IMG/VR virus record: IMGVR_UViG_3300020577_006243
Span: 14,971-78,970 of that record
Direction: 5' to 3' (one strand)
DNA from: a virus
Lineage: Duplodnaviria > Caudoviricetes
DNA length: 64,000 bases
The notes below the pieces were generated by a model. The model saw only the letters and a list, made by a program, of their open reading frames with translations, was not told the DNA's origin and did not search any database. Positions 30,476-39,416 of this stretch are shown piece after piece. A program made the position numbers and the translations under genes. Each line of letters opens with the position of its first letter. The stretch's first letter is position 1.

Positions 30476-30899
30476 CGTAGTTTTTTCTAGCGTATTCGTA
30501 CATGAATGCTTTACAGTGTTTATAATTTACTGAGTCCTTATCGTCAACATAAAACACAGTTTCAATTTTTCTTCTATAGAATTTTGGATGCCCTTCAAAA
30601 TCATCCATATCATATAATAGTTTTTTTAATTCAGTTCTATCTCTATCAAAAAATTGAAATAGGTTTCCTTTTATTCTTGTCGCCAGATTATTTTTTATAG
30701 CATAAGGCACCATTCCTTTTGGGCAAATGTATAATCTACTATGACGCAAAGGCATAATTCCTTCAATGTAATAACCTTTTATATAAGCATTTTCGTGAAT
30801 TAAATCTGGCTTATGCTCTAAGAAATGTCTTTTGAAATTATGTTCACCTATTCTCAAAGTTCCATAAACGAATATGTTTAAATTTGCTTTATTTTTCAT
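30468..30899 (-). CDS. Gamma-glutamylcyclotransferase (AIG2-like)
   Basis: IFVYGTLR...KGNLF...MDDFEGHPKFYRR. Confidence 0.8.
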   Translation of the reverse strand: MKNKANLNIFVYGTLRIGEHNFKRHFLEHKPDLIHENAYIKGYYIEGIMPLRHSRLYICPKGMVPYAIKNNLATRIKGNLFQFFDRDRTELKKLLYDMDDFEGHPKFYRRKIETVFYVDDKDSVNYKHCKAFMYEYARKNYDA

Positions 30900-30902
30900 C
30901 TT

Positions 30903-31985
30903 TTATGATTCCAACAGATTATATATATTATTTAAAATTGTCTTATCTCTTCCGAACCCAATTCTATTTAACATAATTTGTTTGATGTTTTCATCATCTT
31001 CTTCTTTAATTTTTTCTTCAGTAATTTCTTCTGGATTTTCAATAATCCAAGAAGGAACATTTACACCATTCATATAATATAAAGAATAGCCATCGGCAAA
31101 TACCATAGCAGGTTCAGTGTTATGATGTAATTGCCCATCTTTATTTAAATTTAGAGTGGTAGGTCTATCAGACAAAAACACAATTCGTTCAAAAGGAAAC
31201 CACCAATAACATTCGCTTGCTTCTTCCATCCATAAAGACAAAATTTCTTTATCTTTTTTTGAATATTGGACTCCTATTTTATTACAAAAATCATAAAAAA
31301 CTTTCCATCCACACCATTGAGAACCACCAAAATAATTTTCAAAATTTATTTTGGCATCCACAAGATGATTGTCCCTAAGATTGTTCCCAAGATTGCTCCC
31401 AAGATTGCTCCCAAGATTGTTCCAAAGATTGTTCTCAAGATTGTCCCTAAGATTGCTCCAAAGATTGCTCCAAAGATTGTCCCTAAGATTGTCCCAAAGA
31501 TTGCTCCCAAGATTGTCCCTAAGATTGTTCCCAAGATTGCTCCCAAGATTGTCCCTAAGATTGTTCCTAAGATTGTTCCCAAGATTGCTCTCAAGATTGT
31601 CTTTAAGATTGTTCCAAAGATTGTTCCCAAGATTGCTCTCAAGATTGTCTTTAAGATTGTTCCAAAGATTGTTCTCAAGATTGTTCTCAAGATTGTCTCT
31701 AAGATTGCTCCCAAGATTGTTCCTAAGATTGCTCCTAAGATTGTTCTCAAGATTGATCCAAAGATTGCTTTTTAGCAAATGTATTATAAATAAACATTGA
31801 TAAGGGGAATCGCAAAACCATATAAATGGTTCTTGTTTTCCATTTACTTTATATAATGCTTTTATGGCGTTAGCAGATTTTATTCTGTCAATTCTTTTTG
31901 TTGAACGGCCAATTTCCAACCATTTTTCAAGAGTTGTTTTTAATTCTTTTTCTTGTTCGTATGTTAATTTTTCAATTTTTTTCAT
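30903..31985 (-). CDS. DUF6745-like protein with 33 NLxx tetrapeptide repeats
   Basis: C-terminal WWFPFERIVFLSDRP...LHHNTEPA...FADGYSLYYMNGV; paralogue of 36871..37854. Confidence 0.65.
   Translation of the reverse strand: MKKIEKLTYEQEKELKTTLEKWLEIGRSTKRIDRIKSANAIKALYKVNGKQEPFIWFCDSPYQCLFIIHLLKSNLWINLENNLRSNLRNNLGSNLRDNLENNLENNLWNNLKDNLESNLGNNLWNNLKDNLESNLGNNLRNNLRDNLGSNLGNNLRDNLGSNLWDNLRDNLWSNLWSNLRDNLENNLWNNLGSNLGSNLGNNLRDNHLVDAKINFENYFGGSQWCGWKVFYDFCNKIGVQYSKKDKEILSLWMEEASECYWWFPFERIVFLSDRPTTLNLNKDGQLHHNTEPAMVFADGYSLYYMNGVNVPSWIIENPEEITEEKIKEEDDENIKQIMLNRIGFGRDKTILNNIYNLLES
31377..31767. repeat. 12-bp tandem repeat array, 33 units with invariant AAGATT(G) core
   Basis: Unbroken 12-nt phase; encodes N-L-x-x on the - strand. 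Confidence 0.95.
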
Positions 31986-34207
31986 AGGTATAGTACATCA
32001 CAAGCGTAAGCATATTTTTTCAATTCTTCTAGTGATACAGCGTCACTCATAAAATGTTGAAGATGTCTCAACAATGGCTTCTTTTTAGTGATATTAGAAA
32101 TTTGTTCTCTCATTTCTTTGAAATCAGTATCAATTTTTGTAACAGTAATATCTGATCTCAGTTTTATCAATTGTTCTATAGCCTGTCTTTCATGTCCACT
32201 AACGTAATAATTTCCAGCATTTACAATATTACTCATTTCTTTAAGATTTTTAGCCATGTCTTCAGTAAGGTCAAATATCTGAGCAATAATTTGAATTGTC
32301 TCGTCAGTTAATGTTGTACTACCATAGTAGTTACTGCCAAAAAGACCATTCATATCTCTTTGAATTTTTGATTTTTCATTAGACATAATATATGCCTTGA
32401 TAGCATCAGTTACTTCTTGTTCATAAAACATATCATCTATATTTTTGTTAATTGTTACATAGTTTTCAAGTTTTTTCGTCATAACTTTGTTCAAAATTAA
32501 CATTGGCTTTTTAATCGCCTTTGACAATGCAAACATATGCATTGGCAATTTAGTGTTGATTGCATGTTCTGATTTGTAATCAGTAACTTTTTCAACTTCA
32601 TGGACATAAACTCCATTTGGTATTGTTACTTCGTTAATTTTCCCATACACTGCACTAAGAATAGTGTTAGTATTCTTGTCAGCAGTAATGGTTATATTTT
32701 GTCTTTTTTGGTAAAACTTCGCAGGGATGATATATACTCCTGTGATTATGTCAGTGCCAGCATCTTTAGTTTTTTTCTCTCTCTTGTCTCTTTCAATTTT
32801 AGTTTTTTCAACAGTAGAATACCTAACAATTTCAAAACCAAGTTTGATAAGATATTTCAACGCTTGATAGAAACTATCAATTTTTTGCTGGCTGTCTTTT
32901 TCAAGTTTAATTTTTGTGAGCATCATAAAATGCCCATTATGTTCATTGAGAAGAGTGAGTGTTCTCTCAGCAGACCTTCTGCTTTCATCAAGCCAATAAA
33001 TTTTCCTGCTTGCATACTTGTTGTCAAGTGTGTAAGTAGTTTTCGCTTCTGCTTGAGTAAGTTTTTTCTGTGCAATTTTTTCAATAATAACCCCTCCATC
33101 CTTTTTAGGAATAGAAAGTGTTCCAAGAAATTTTGAACCGTCTTTATAATCATGGATGTACTCATCAGCACCGTGGTTCATCAAATCCACTTTAGGATTA
33201 TTATGGTTAATCATTAAGAAAATGTTCGCATCAATAGATGCATTTCCACCCATTCTTGTATCCCAAATGATTGAATTTGCTTTAATACAGTAATCAAGAT
33301 AATCACCCGAATGCAGTCTGTCAACAAATTGTTTGTTAAATAGTGCAACAGTATCATTGAAACTTTTATGTAAAGTTTTTGATGTTGTTTCATCAAAGTA
33401 TAATGTCTCTCTGTTAGCTGATACAGACACATCACTTTTCTTGTAAACAAAGGTGATTGTTGAGCCAGTGAGAGTTTTTGAATGACTTATACCGATTTTA
33501 GATACATCTACTTTGTATGGAATTTCATCTACAAGCGCAAGTACTTCACCGTAAAGATGAACGGCTTCACCTGTAAGAACTTTTGTATCAGAATTCCCGT
33601 ATTCTTTTGAGAATATAATATCTTCATATTTAAAGTGATTGAAATTTATCAATATTGGACGCGGTGTCCAGAATTGCGTAAAATACACAACCTTTCTTTC
33701 AAAGTTGTAAATATCGTCGTAGTTCTTAATTGGAATTTGAATTTCAGTTCCGTTTGGCTCTTTTGTTTTTTCTTCTTTGGTAAGTTTAATACTCCCATTG
33801 TCACTGTCAAGGGCACAGAGATATGTATATCTATTGCCATTAACATTTGTAATTACATTAAATTCATCAGTGTAAGCAAACGGAGTTTTCGCACCAAGAC
33901 CAAAACCACCTGTAAGATGTGTACTTGTTCTTTTGGTTGAAGAAGCAAAATTACAAAACACATTTTCCATCCTATCGGCAGAAATCCCTGGGCCTTCATC
34001 TTTAAAAATTATATAAGTAATGCCATTGATAATCTGCATAGAAATTTCAATTGGTTTCGTATTCCCAACTTCTCTATTTGCATCTCTAGAATTTGAAGCA
34101 ACTTCTCTACAAATACTTCCAATAGGGTCGCTATATAGTTTGCTTCTTAGTATTTTTAAAATACTACCAACATCTTCTTGTTTTATGCCAAACTGAAATT
34201 CCTTCAT
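31982..34207 (-). CDS. rIIA: rIIA-like protein with GHKL/Hsp90-type ATPase domain
   Basis: LYSDPIGSICREVASNSRDA...DEGPGIS...STKR...GGFGLGAKTPFAYTD. Confidence 0.8.
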   Translation of the reverse strand: MKEFQFGIKQEDVGSILKILRSKLYSDPIGSICREVASNSRDANREVGNTKPIEISMQIINGITYIIFKDEGPGISADRMENVFCNFASSTKRTSTHLTGGFGLGAKTPFAYTDEFNVITNVNGNRYTYLCALDSDNGSIKLTKEEKTKEPNGTEIQIPIKNYDDIYNFERKVVYFTQFWTPRPILINFNHFKYEDIIFSKEYGNSDTKVLTGEAVHLYGEVLALVDEIPYKVDVSKIGISHSKTLTGSTITFVYKKSDVSVSANRETLYFDETTSKTLHKSFNDTVALFNKQFVDRLHSGDYLDYCIKANSIIWDTRMGGNASIDANIFLMINHNNPKVDLMNHGADEYIHDYKDGSKFLGTLSIPKKDGGVIIEKIAQKKLTQAEAKTTYTLDNKYASRKIYWLDESRRSAERTLTLLNEHNGHFMMLTKIKLEKDSQQKIDSFYQALKYLIKLGFEIVRYSTVEKTKIERDKREKKTKDAGTDIITGVYIIPAKFYQKRQNITITADKNTNTILSAVYGKINEVTIPNGVYVHEVEKVTDYKSEHAINTKLPMHMFALSKAIKKPMLILNKVMTKKLENYVTINKNIDDMFYEQEVTDAIKAYIMSNEKSKIQRDMNGLFGSNYYGSTTLTDETIQIIAQIFDLTEDMAKNLKEMSNIVNAGNYYVSGHERQAIEQLIKLRSDITVTKIDTDFKEMREQISNITKKKPLLRHLQHFMSDAVSLEELKKYAYACDVLYL

Positions 34208-34213
34208 ATTTCA

Positions 34214-34242
34214 ATTGTACCATAAAAAAATAAATTAAACAA
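34214..34242 (-). promoter_or_regulatory. Sigma70 promoter TTGTTT-17-TACAAT, leaderless geometry
   Basis: ATG lies 6 nt after the -10 box; upstream AAAAAATTAC identical to the 37862 promoter. Confidence 0.65.
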
Positions 34243-34283
34243 GTAATTTTTTAAAAAACAAGCATATTTTACAATTATTCATA

Positions 34284-34291
34284 TAAGTTAA
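34284..34291 (+). promoter_or_regulatory. Putative late promoter TAAGTTAA
   Basis: Lies 4 nt before ATG 34296. Confidence 0.5.
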
Positions 34292-34295
34292 GTAT

Positions 34296-34466
34296 ATGAA
34301 TGACAATACAAGAATAACATTTTTAGCAGATGTGGAACTATGGAAAAAATTTAAAGGTTTTGCAATTTTAGACGGAACAACTCCATCAGAATTGTTTAGA
34401 GAATACATGGAAAATTTTATTAATAAAAGAGAAGTAAAATATGTGGAAAGTAAGAAAAACAACTGA
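34296..34466 (+). CDS. Ribbon-helix-helix protein (56 aa), not in the ORF track
   Basis: MNDNTRITFLADVELWKKFKGFAILDGTTPSELFREYMENFINK...: alternating strand then two helices; overlaps the endonuclease start. Confidence 0.65.
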   Translation: MNDNTRITFLADVELWKKFKGFAILDGTTPSELFREYMENFINKREVKYVESKKNN

Positions 34467-35352
34467 ACAATTCATTACGGAAGCAAATTTGGTTCATAGT
34501 TATAAATATGATTATGAATTAGTTGATTATAAATCAAACAAAATTAAAGTTGCAGTTATTTGTAAAACACATGGAAAATTTTCCGTATCACCGGACAATC
34601 ATTTGTCAAAAAAATCAGGTTGCCCTAAATGCTATCACGACAGTAAGAAATTAAATTTAATAAATTTTATTGAAAAAGCAAAAAATATTCATGGGAATAA
34701 GTATGATTATAGTTTAGTAGATTTGAATTTAACAAAAAATAAAATAATTATCATATGTAATATTCATGGAAAGTTTTTACAAACGCCAAATTCACATTTA
34801 TCAAATCACGGATGCCCAAAATGTTACGGCCTTTACAAAAATAATGACGATATAATAAAATTATTTAAAAGAACTCATGGCGATAAGTATGATTATTCTA
34901 TGATTGATTATATTAATAGTTCAACAAAGGTAATAATTGTCTGCAAAAAACATGGTGAATTTAAACAATCAATACATCATCATATTGATGGAGTTGGATG
35001 CCCAAATTGCAATTTATCTAAAGGTGAAGAGAAGATTAGATTATTTTTAAAACAAAACAATATTAAGTTTGAACAACAAAAAAATTTTAAAAAATTAGGT
35101 AAATATGAATTTGATTTTTATTTACCTGAACAAAATATACTAATTGAATATGACGGTAAACAACATTTTGAACCAGTAAAGATATTTGGCGGTAAGGACG
35201 AATTTATAAAAACAATATATAGAGATAATGTTAAAGACAAATTTGCAGAAGAAAATGATATTAAATTAATTAGGATACCATATATTAAATTTAACTCAAT
35301 AAATGAAATCCTAATTAATGTTATTAATTCTCCTGCATCATTTTCATCATAG
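34441..35352 (+). mobile_element. Homing-type endonuclease: three DUF723-like Zn repeats plus PD-(D/E)XK domain
   Basis: HGxKYDYS...IICxxHGxF...GCP(K/N)C x3; EFDFYLPEQNILIEYDGKQHF. Confidence 0.75.
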
Positions 35353-35845
35353 TGATGAAAAGTTTTGCTATATTATAAGCGTCATCACTTGCTCTATGCT
35401 GTTTTCCTTCAAATTTAAGCCCGAAACTTTCAAGCATAAATTCAAGGCTTTTATCGCTGTTAAAATCTTTTCTTACAACTTTATAAAGACTTGAAACATT
35501 TACTATATCACTTCCAAATGGATTTAATTCTTTAAATAGAGATGTCTCATTTTCGTCATCAACAACGAGAAGTCTATTTTTACTACCATATTTTTCTTTT
35601 ATTCTTTCACAAGCAGTTTCAAGTGAAACACCTTGTTTCAAAAGTTTTGCAGTAGTCCAACCTGTGAGATGAGAAACAAAAGGATTAACCTCCATCCCTT
35701 CTGGAAGAAGAACTGGTATGCTCACTTTTTTGACAATAGTTAAGCTATCAAGATCAACCATAGCAAGGCCGATCTCTATTATGTCTTTTGTGGTTTCTGG
35801 ATTGTTAAATTCCAAATCCAATACATTTGCTATTTTATTTCTCAT
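35324..35845 (-). CDS. DEDDh 3'-5' exonuclease
   Basis: VLDLEF...IIEIG...HRASDDAYN. Confidence 0.8.
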   Translation of the reverse strand: MRNKIANVLDLEFNNPETTKDIIEIGLAMVDLDSLTIVKKVSIPVLLPEGMEVNPFVSHLTGWTTAKLLKQGVSLETACERIKEKYGSKNRLLVVDDENETSLFKELNPFGSDIVNVSSLYKVVRKDFNSDKSLEFMLESFGLKFEGKQHRASDDAYNIAKLFITMMKMMQEN

Positions 35846-36168
35846 TTATTTTTTCTTTTTAGTTCATTAGAGTTTGTCACTTCATATTCGATTTCTATAA
35901 CTTTTACTTTTAAATCTTTAGCCTCAACTCTAATTGGGTCATAGCCCTTTATTTTAAGTTCAGCAATTTTATTTTTTTTGTCCTTTACAAAAGTATCTAA
36001 ATTACAAGCTGCGTTATGGACGTTAGAATAAGAATTGTATGATTGCGTATAACTATCAAAACAATCAATTGTGCAATTGAGATAAATATCGTGACGCCCA
36101 GTAAAGTAAAAATCTACATTCCTATATTCTATACCAACAAAATAGCGAGTATTTAATTGTTTATTCAT
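35842..36168 (-). CDS. Hypothetical protein
   Basis: ORF with ATGA overlap. Confidence 0.5.
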   Translation of the reverse strand: MNKQLNTRYFVGIEYRNVDFYFTGRHDIYLNCTIDCFDSYTQSYNSYSNVHNAACNLDTFVKDKKNKIAELKIKGYDPIRVEAKDLKVKVIEIEYEVTNSNELKRKNK

Positions 36169-36199
36169 AATCTAATTTTAGCATGTGTTTAAGCTAAAA

Positions 36200-36874
36200 T
36201 CAAGCAAATAATAGTCTATATTTATCGTAAAACCATGTACAATTATGAACAAACCACTGATTAAGCAATACCTTTCTATTGTTGATGATTAGATGATATT
36301 CAAATCTTTTGTCTATCAATTCCATAAGTTCTTCTTGAGTAGTTGGTATTTTTTTAAGCAATTTAGTTTCTAATTCTTCACCATGAATGAAGAATTTTTC
36401 TCCACGTTCTGGTGAAACTATTGCTGGACCATCTTCTCTGTGTTTACGCCCATTTTCATCAGTCCATCTCTCTTCCAACATAACATTTCTTCTACGAATT
36501 AAACTTGACGGCCCGCTATCATTTTTTCTATATTGCTTACCATCTATGTAATAGATTTCTTTAATTGCATTTTGCAATAAAAATCCTATAAATGCTGGAC
36601 CATATTCTCTATGCAGTTCTTTATCTTTGTAATATTCAATCTTATTGATGTTTTTGGTTTCTTCATCAATATAACTGAATTTCAAAAATTTCTTGCCTCT
36701 TATTTGAGAATTAAGCCGTTTCAGAAAAAATGGGTATTCATCATGTTTGACACGAATGCTCAAATATTTTTTTTCTTCTTCTATTGCACGTTTCTTATAC
36801 TGTGATTTTGATATATAATCCTCCATAATCAGATTATAATCTGACACTACCAATAAATCAAGTTTATTTCTCAT
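36200..36874 (-). CDS. HRExGPA-repeat (MORN-variant-like) protein with the C-terminal KY(K/R)LL motif
   Basis: LHREYGPA, YRKNDSGPS, KHREDGPAI; ends WFYDKYRLLFA. Confidence 0.6.
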   Translation of the reverse strand: MRNKLDLLVVSDYNLIMEDYISKSQYKKRAIEEEKKYLSIRVKHDEYPFFLKRLNSQIRGKKFLKFSYIDEETKNINKIEYYKDKELHREYGPAFIGFLLQNAIKEIYYIDGKQYRKNDSGPSSLIRRRNVMLEERWTDENGRKHREDGPAIVSPERGEKFFIHGEELETKLLKKIPTTQEELMELIDKRFEYHLIINNRKVLLNQWFVHNCTWFYDKYRLLFA

Positions 36875-37854
36875 ACTTCTAATAAATCTAAATACCTTTC
36901 TAGAGTTTCTTTATTATTATCAAATCCAATCCTATTAAACATAATTTGTTTAATAGTTTCGTTTTTCTCTTGTTTAATTTTTTCTTTTGTTATTTGTTCC
37001 GGATATTCAACAATCCAAGAAGGGACAATAATTCCATGAATTGAGTATAATTTGTATCCGTCAGCAAATGAAATTGCTGGTTTCGTGTTATGATGTAATT
37101 TGCCATCTTTATCTAAATTTAATTCAATTGGTCTTTCACTGCAAAAAACAATATTTTCAAAAGGAAACCACCAATAACATTCTTTTGATTGTTCTATCCA
37201 TAAACTTAATAATTCTTTATCCTTATCGTTATAAGGCACTCCTATTTTATTACAAAAATCATAAAATACATCCCAATAACACCATTGAGAACCGCCAAAA
37301 TAATTTTCAAACTTTATGTCCTCAAGATTGTTCTCAAGATTGTTCCTAAGATTGTTCGCAAGATTGTTCGCAAGATTGTTCCTAAGATTGTCCTCAAGAT
37401 TGTTCCTAAGATTGTTCCTAAGATTGTCCTCAAGATTGTTCCTAAGATTGTCCTCAAGATTGTTCCTAAGATTGTTCCTAAGATTGTCCTCAAGATTGTT
37501 CGCAAGATTGTCCTCAAGATTGTTCCTAAGATTGTTCCTAAGATTGTTCCTAAGATTGTCCTCAAGATTGTCCTCAAGATTGTTCCAAAGATTGTTCCAA
37601 AGATTGCTCCCAAGATTGTCCCTAAGATTGTTCCCAAGATTGCTCTTAAATAAATGAATAACTAACATACATTGCAAAGGAGAGTCGCAAAACCAAAACA
37701 TTGGTTCTTCATTTCCATTTGCTTTATATAAATTTGTAATTGATTTGGCAACAGCAGATTTGTTCAGCCGTTCAGTTGAACGGCCAATATCAAGCCATTT
37801 ATTAATGGTATTTTGTAAATCTAATTTCTGTTCTTTCGTTAGGTTTGAAATCAT
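36871..37854 (-). CDS. DUF6745-like protein with 27 NLxx repeats
   Basis: Close paralogue of 30903..31985 on both sides of the repeat. Confidence 0.65.
   Translation of the reverse strand: MISNLTKEQKLDLQNTINKWLDIGRSTERLNKSAVAKSITNLYKANGNEEPMFWFCDSPLQCMLVIHLFKSNLGNNLRDNLGSNLWNNLWNNLEDNLEDNLRNNLRNNLRNNLEDNLANNLEDNLRNNLRNNLEDNLRNNLEDNLRNNLRNNLEDNLRNNLANNLANNLRNNLENNLEDIKFENYFGGSQWCYWDVFYDFCNKIGVPYNDKDKELLSLWIEQSKECYWWFPFENIVFCSERPIELNLDKDGKLHHNTKPAISFADGYKLYSIHGIIVPSWIVEYPEQITKEKIKQEKNETIKQIMFNRIGFDNNKETLERYLDLLEV
37324..37642. repeat. 12-bp tandem repeat array, 27 units with invariant AAGATT(G) core
   Basis: Same unit structure as 31377..31767. Confidence 0.95.
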
Positions 37855-37861
37855 ATTTCAT

Positions 37862-37890
37862 ATTTTAATATATTTCTTAAATTAAATCAA
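37862..37890 (-). promoter_or_regulatory. Sigma70 promoter TTGATT-17-TAAAAT
   Basis: ATG lies 7 nt after the -10 box; upstream AAAAAATTAC. Confidence 0.65.
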
Positions 37891-37910
37891 GTAATTTTTT
37901 TATTTCTCAG

Positions 37911-37939
37911 TTGACATAGTAAAAGTAAAATCGTATAAT
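37911..37939 (+). promoter_or_regulatory. Perfect consensus sigma70 promoter TTGACA-17-TATAAT, leaderless geometry
   Basis: ATG 37946 lies 6 nt after the -10 box; no RBS possible. Confidence 0.8.
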
Positions 37940-37945
37940 AATCCA

Positions 37946-38284
37946 ATGGCTAAAACAGTAACACCGGCAGAGATTGTCGAAGAAACAGTAACAAAACCAG
38001 TAGTTGGTTCTGCTAATATTGAAATGAGTGAGAATGGCAACAAAATTATGAAAATGACGCATGTTGCACTTCTCAAAGAAGTTGCTATGAAGAAAGAAAA
38101 TATTTATAGACAACTTGGAATGATTGAAGAAGCGAAGCACGCTTTGTTGAAAGACATTGATGTTGCAGAAAAAAACAGAATGGAACTAGCTACTGAAATC
38201 CAAAAAGAGTATGACTTACCAGAGGGAAAACTCTGGCAACTCCGACCAGACACTCGTGAGATTTTAGTATCTAACGAACAATAA
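37946..38284 (+). CDS. Hypothetical coiled-coil early protein
   Basis: Under a consensus promoter; heptad-like helix. Confidence 0.65.
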   Translation: MAKTVTPAEIVEETVTKPVVGSANIEMSENGNKIMKMTHVALLKEVAMKKENIYRQLGMIEEAKHALLKDIDVAEKNRMELATEIQKEYDLPEGKLWQLRPDTREILVSNEQ

Positions 38285-38294
38285 AGTTGATAAT

Positions 38295-39047
38295 TTAACT
38301 CGCTGGAATTCCAGCGAGTTTTTCTTTTATACATTTTTCTTTATTAGTCCTCCATTCATTTTCCCACACAACAATATATTTATACCCATTTTCTTCAAAA
38401 AGCAATTTTACATTGTCATCATATTCCCAAATTTCTTTAGCAGTCTTTGATTTTATTTTATGAAAATAATTTGGGCTATCATAATTTTTAACATTTGGGT
38501 TACAATGCCAATAATCTCCGTGAAAATTAATAGCAAATTTACCATCAATGATAATGTCAGCCTCTCTTTTTAGAAGCCTTACATTTTCATTAATAATAGA
38601 TTTTGAGAAAATTCTTTTAATTTCATCCTTAAATTCAATTTCAATTTTTGACGTTCCACCCAATGAACATTTAGGGCATCTTCTTTTACTATCTTTAAAT
38701 TTATTGAATTTCATTTTAAACCTACACCCTTTAGGACACACTAAACTCATTTTGGTAATATTATTTTTGTATTCACTGTCTAATAAGACATATCCTTCTT
38801 TTTCTATAAATAATTTTACTTCTTCATAGTTAAGTCTTTTAGTTCCACCACATTTGGGGCATCTTATTCCTTTTTTAAAATGATTGAATTCAGTTTCATA
38901 GATATGCCCTTCTGGACATTCAAATTTCATTTTAGAGTGAGTATTAATGTACTCATTGCTTAATAATTTATATCCAGCATTTTCAACAATAGACTTAGCA
39001 AATTCTAATGTAAATTTTTTTGTGCTTTTACCAGTAGGATTACTCAT
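38295..39047 (-). mobile_element. Homing-type endonuclease: two Zn-ribbon repeats plus Vsr/PD-(D/E)XK-like domain
   Basis: CPEGH...RCPKC, CPKGC...RCPKC; EADIIIDGKFAINFHGDYWH (Asn where Glu is usual); IVVWENEW. Confidence 0.7.
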
Positions 39048-39186
39048 TCTCTTCCTCTGTGTATTTTTTCATAAGTTCTCCTAAAATAGAAGAAGCACTC
39101 CTGTCATTTTTTTCGCAGGCTTCTTTAAATCGTTCCCAAATTTCTTTTTTTACCATTATGCTTGCTCTAATTTTATTTTCATTCAT
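39040..39186 (-). CDS. Ribbon-helix-helix protein (48 aa), not in the ORF track
   Basis: MNENKIRASIMVKKEIWERFKEACEKNDRSASSILGELMKKYTEEENE; its stop overlaps the endonuclease ATG (ATGAGTAA). Confidence 0.65.
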   Translation of the reverse strand: MNENKIRASIMVKKEIWERFKEACEKNDRSASSILGELMKKYTEEENE

Positions 39187-39243
39187 ATACATATCTTATA
39201 CATAATTCCTATATATATCAAATAACAAATAATTTTTTATCAT

Positions 39244-39272
39244 TTGACATAAAAAACGAATAATGTTATTGT
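39244..39272 (+). promoter_or_regulatory. Sigma70-type promoter TTGACA-17-TATTGT with TGn
   Basis: Consensus -35, imperfect -10; followed about 130 nt later by a terminator. Confidence 0.5.
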
Positions 39273-39374
39273 TTAATCACAAGAGAAATTCTTGTGTCAA
39301 ATGAGTAAAAATATAAATTTCTATTTTGACGCCTCCTCAAATTGTGGAAATAGAAAAATAACAAACTAAACTTC

Positions 39375-39403
39375 AACCGATGTTGAAAAACATCGGTTTT
39401 TTT
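39375..39403 (+). terminator. Intrinsic terminator
   Basis: AACCGATGTT-gaaa-AACATCGGTT followed by a T run. Confidence 0.85.
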
Positions 39404-39404
39404 G

Positions 39405-39412
39405 TAAGTTAA
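39405..39412 (+). promoter_or_regulatory. Putative late promoter TAAGTTAA
   Basis: Directly after the terminator and 4 nt before ATG 39417, so this gene needs its own promoter here. Confidence 0.65.
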
Positions 39413-39416
39413 TGAT

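Noticed and set aside
31266-31800. Alternative-frame ORFs over the first array (PKIV, TILG, RLFP repeats)
   Set aside because: Stop-free frames are a by-product of the repeat; only the - strand frame has conserved flanking domains.
31266-37657. 12-bp arrays as CRISPR arrays
   Set aside because: Units are contiguous 12-mers with no unique 25-45 nt spacers, they lie in frame inside genes, and no cas genes are present.
37285-37657. Alternative-frame ORFs over the second array
   Set aside because: Same artefact as for the first array.
30903-37854. Paralogous repeat genes as a DGR template/variable pair
   Set aside because: No reverse transcriptase in the window, and the differences are not adenine-specific; the AAT codons are the invariant part.
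10117-37854. Weak termini (DLERYALLL, GLLKYMVAL, TLERYLDLL, NNIYNLL) as further KY(K/R)LL members
   Set aside because: They match only two or three positions and were not counted; an HMM would decide.
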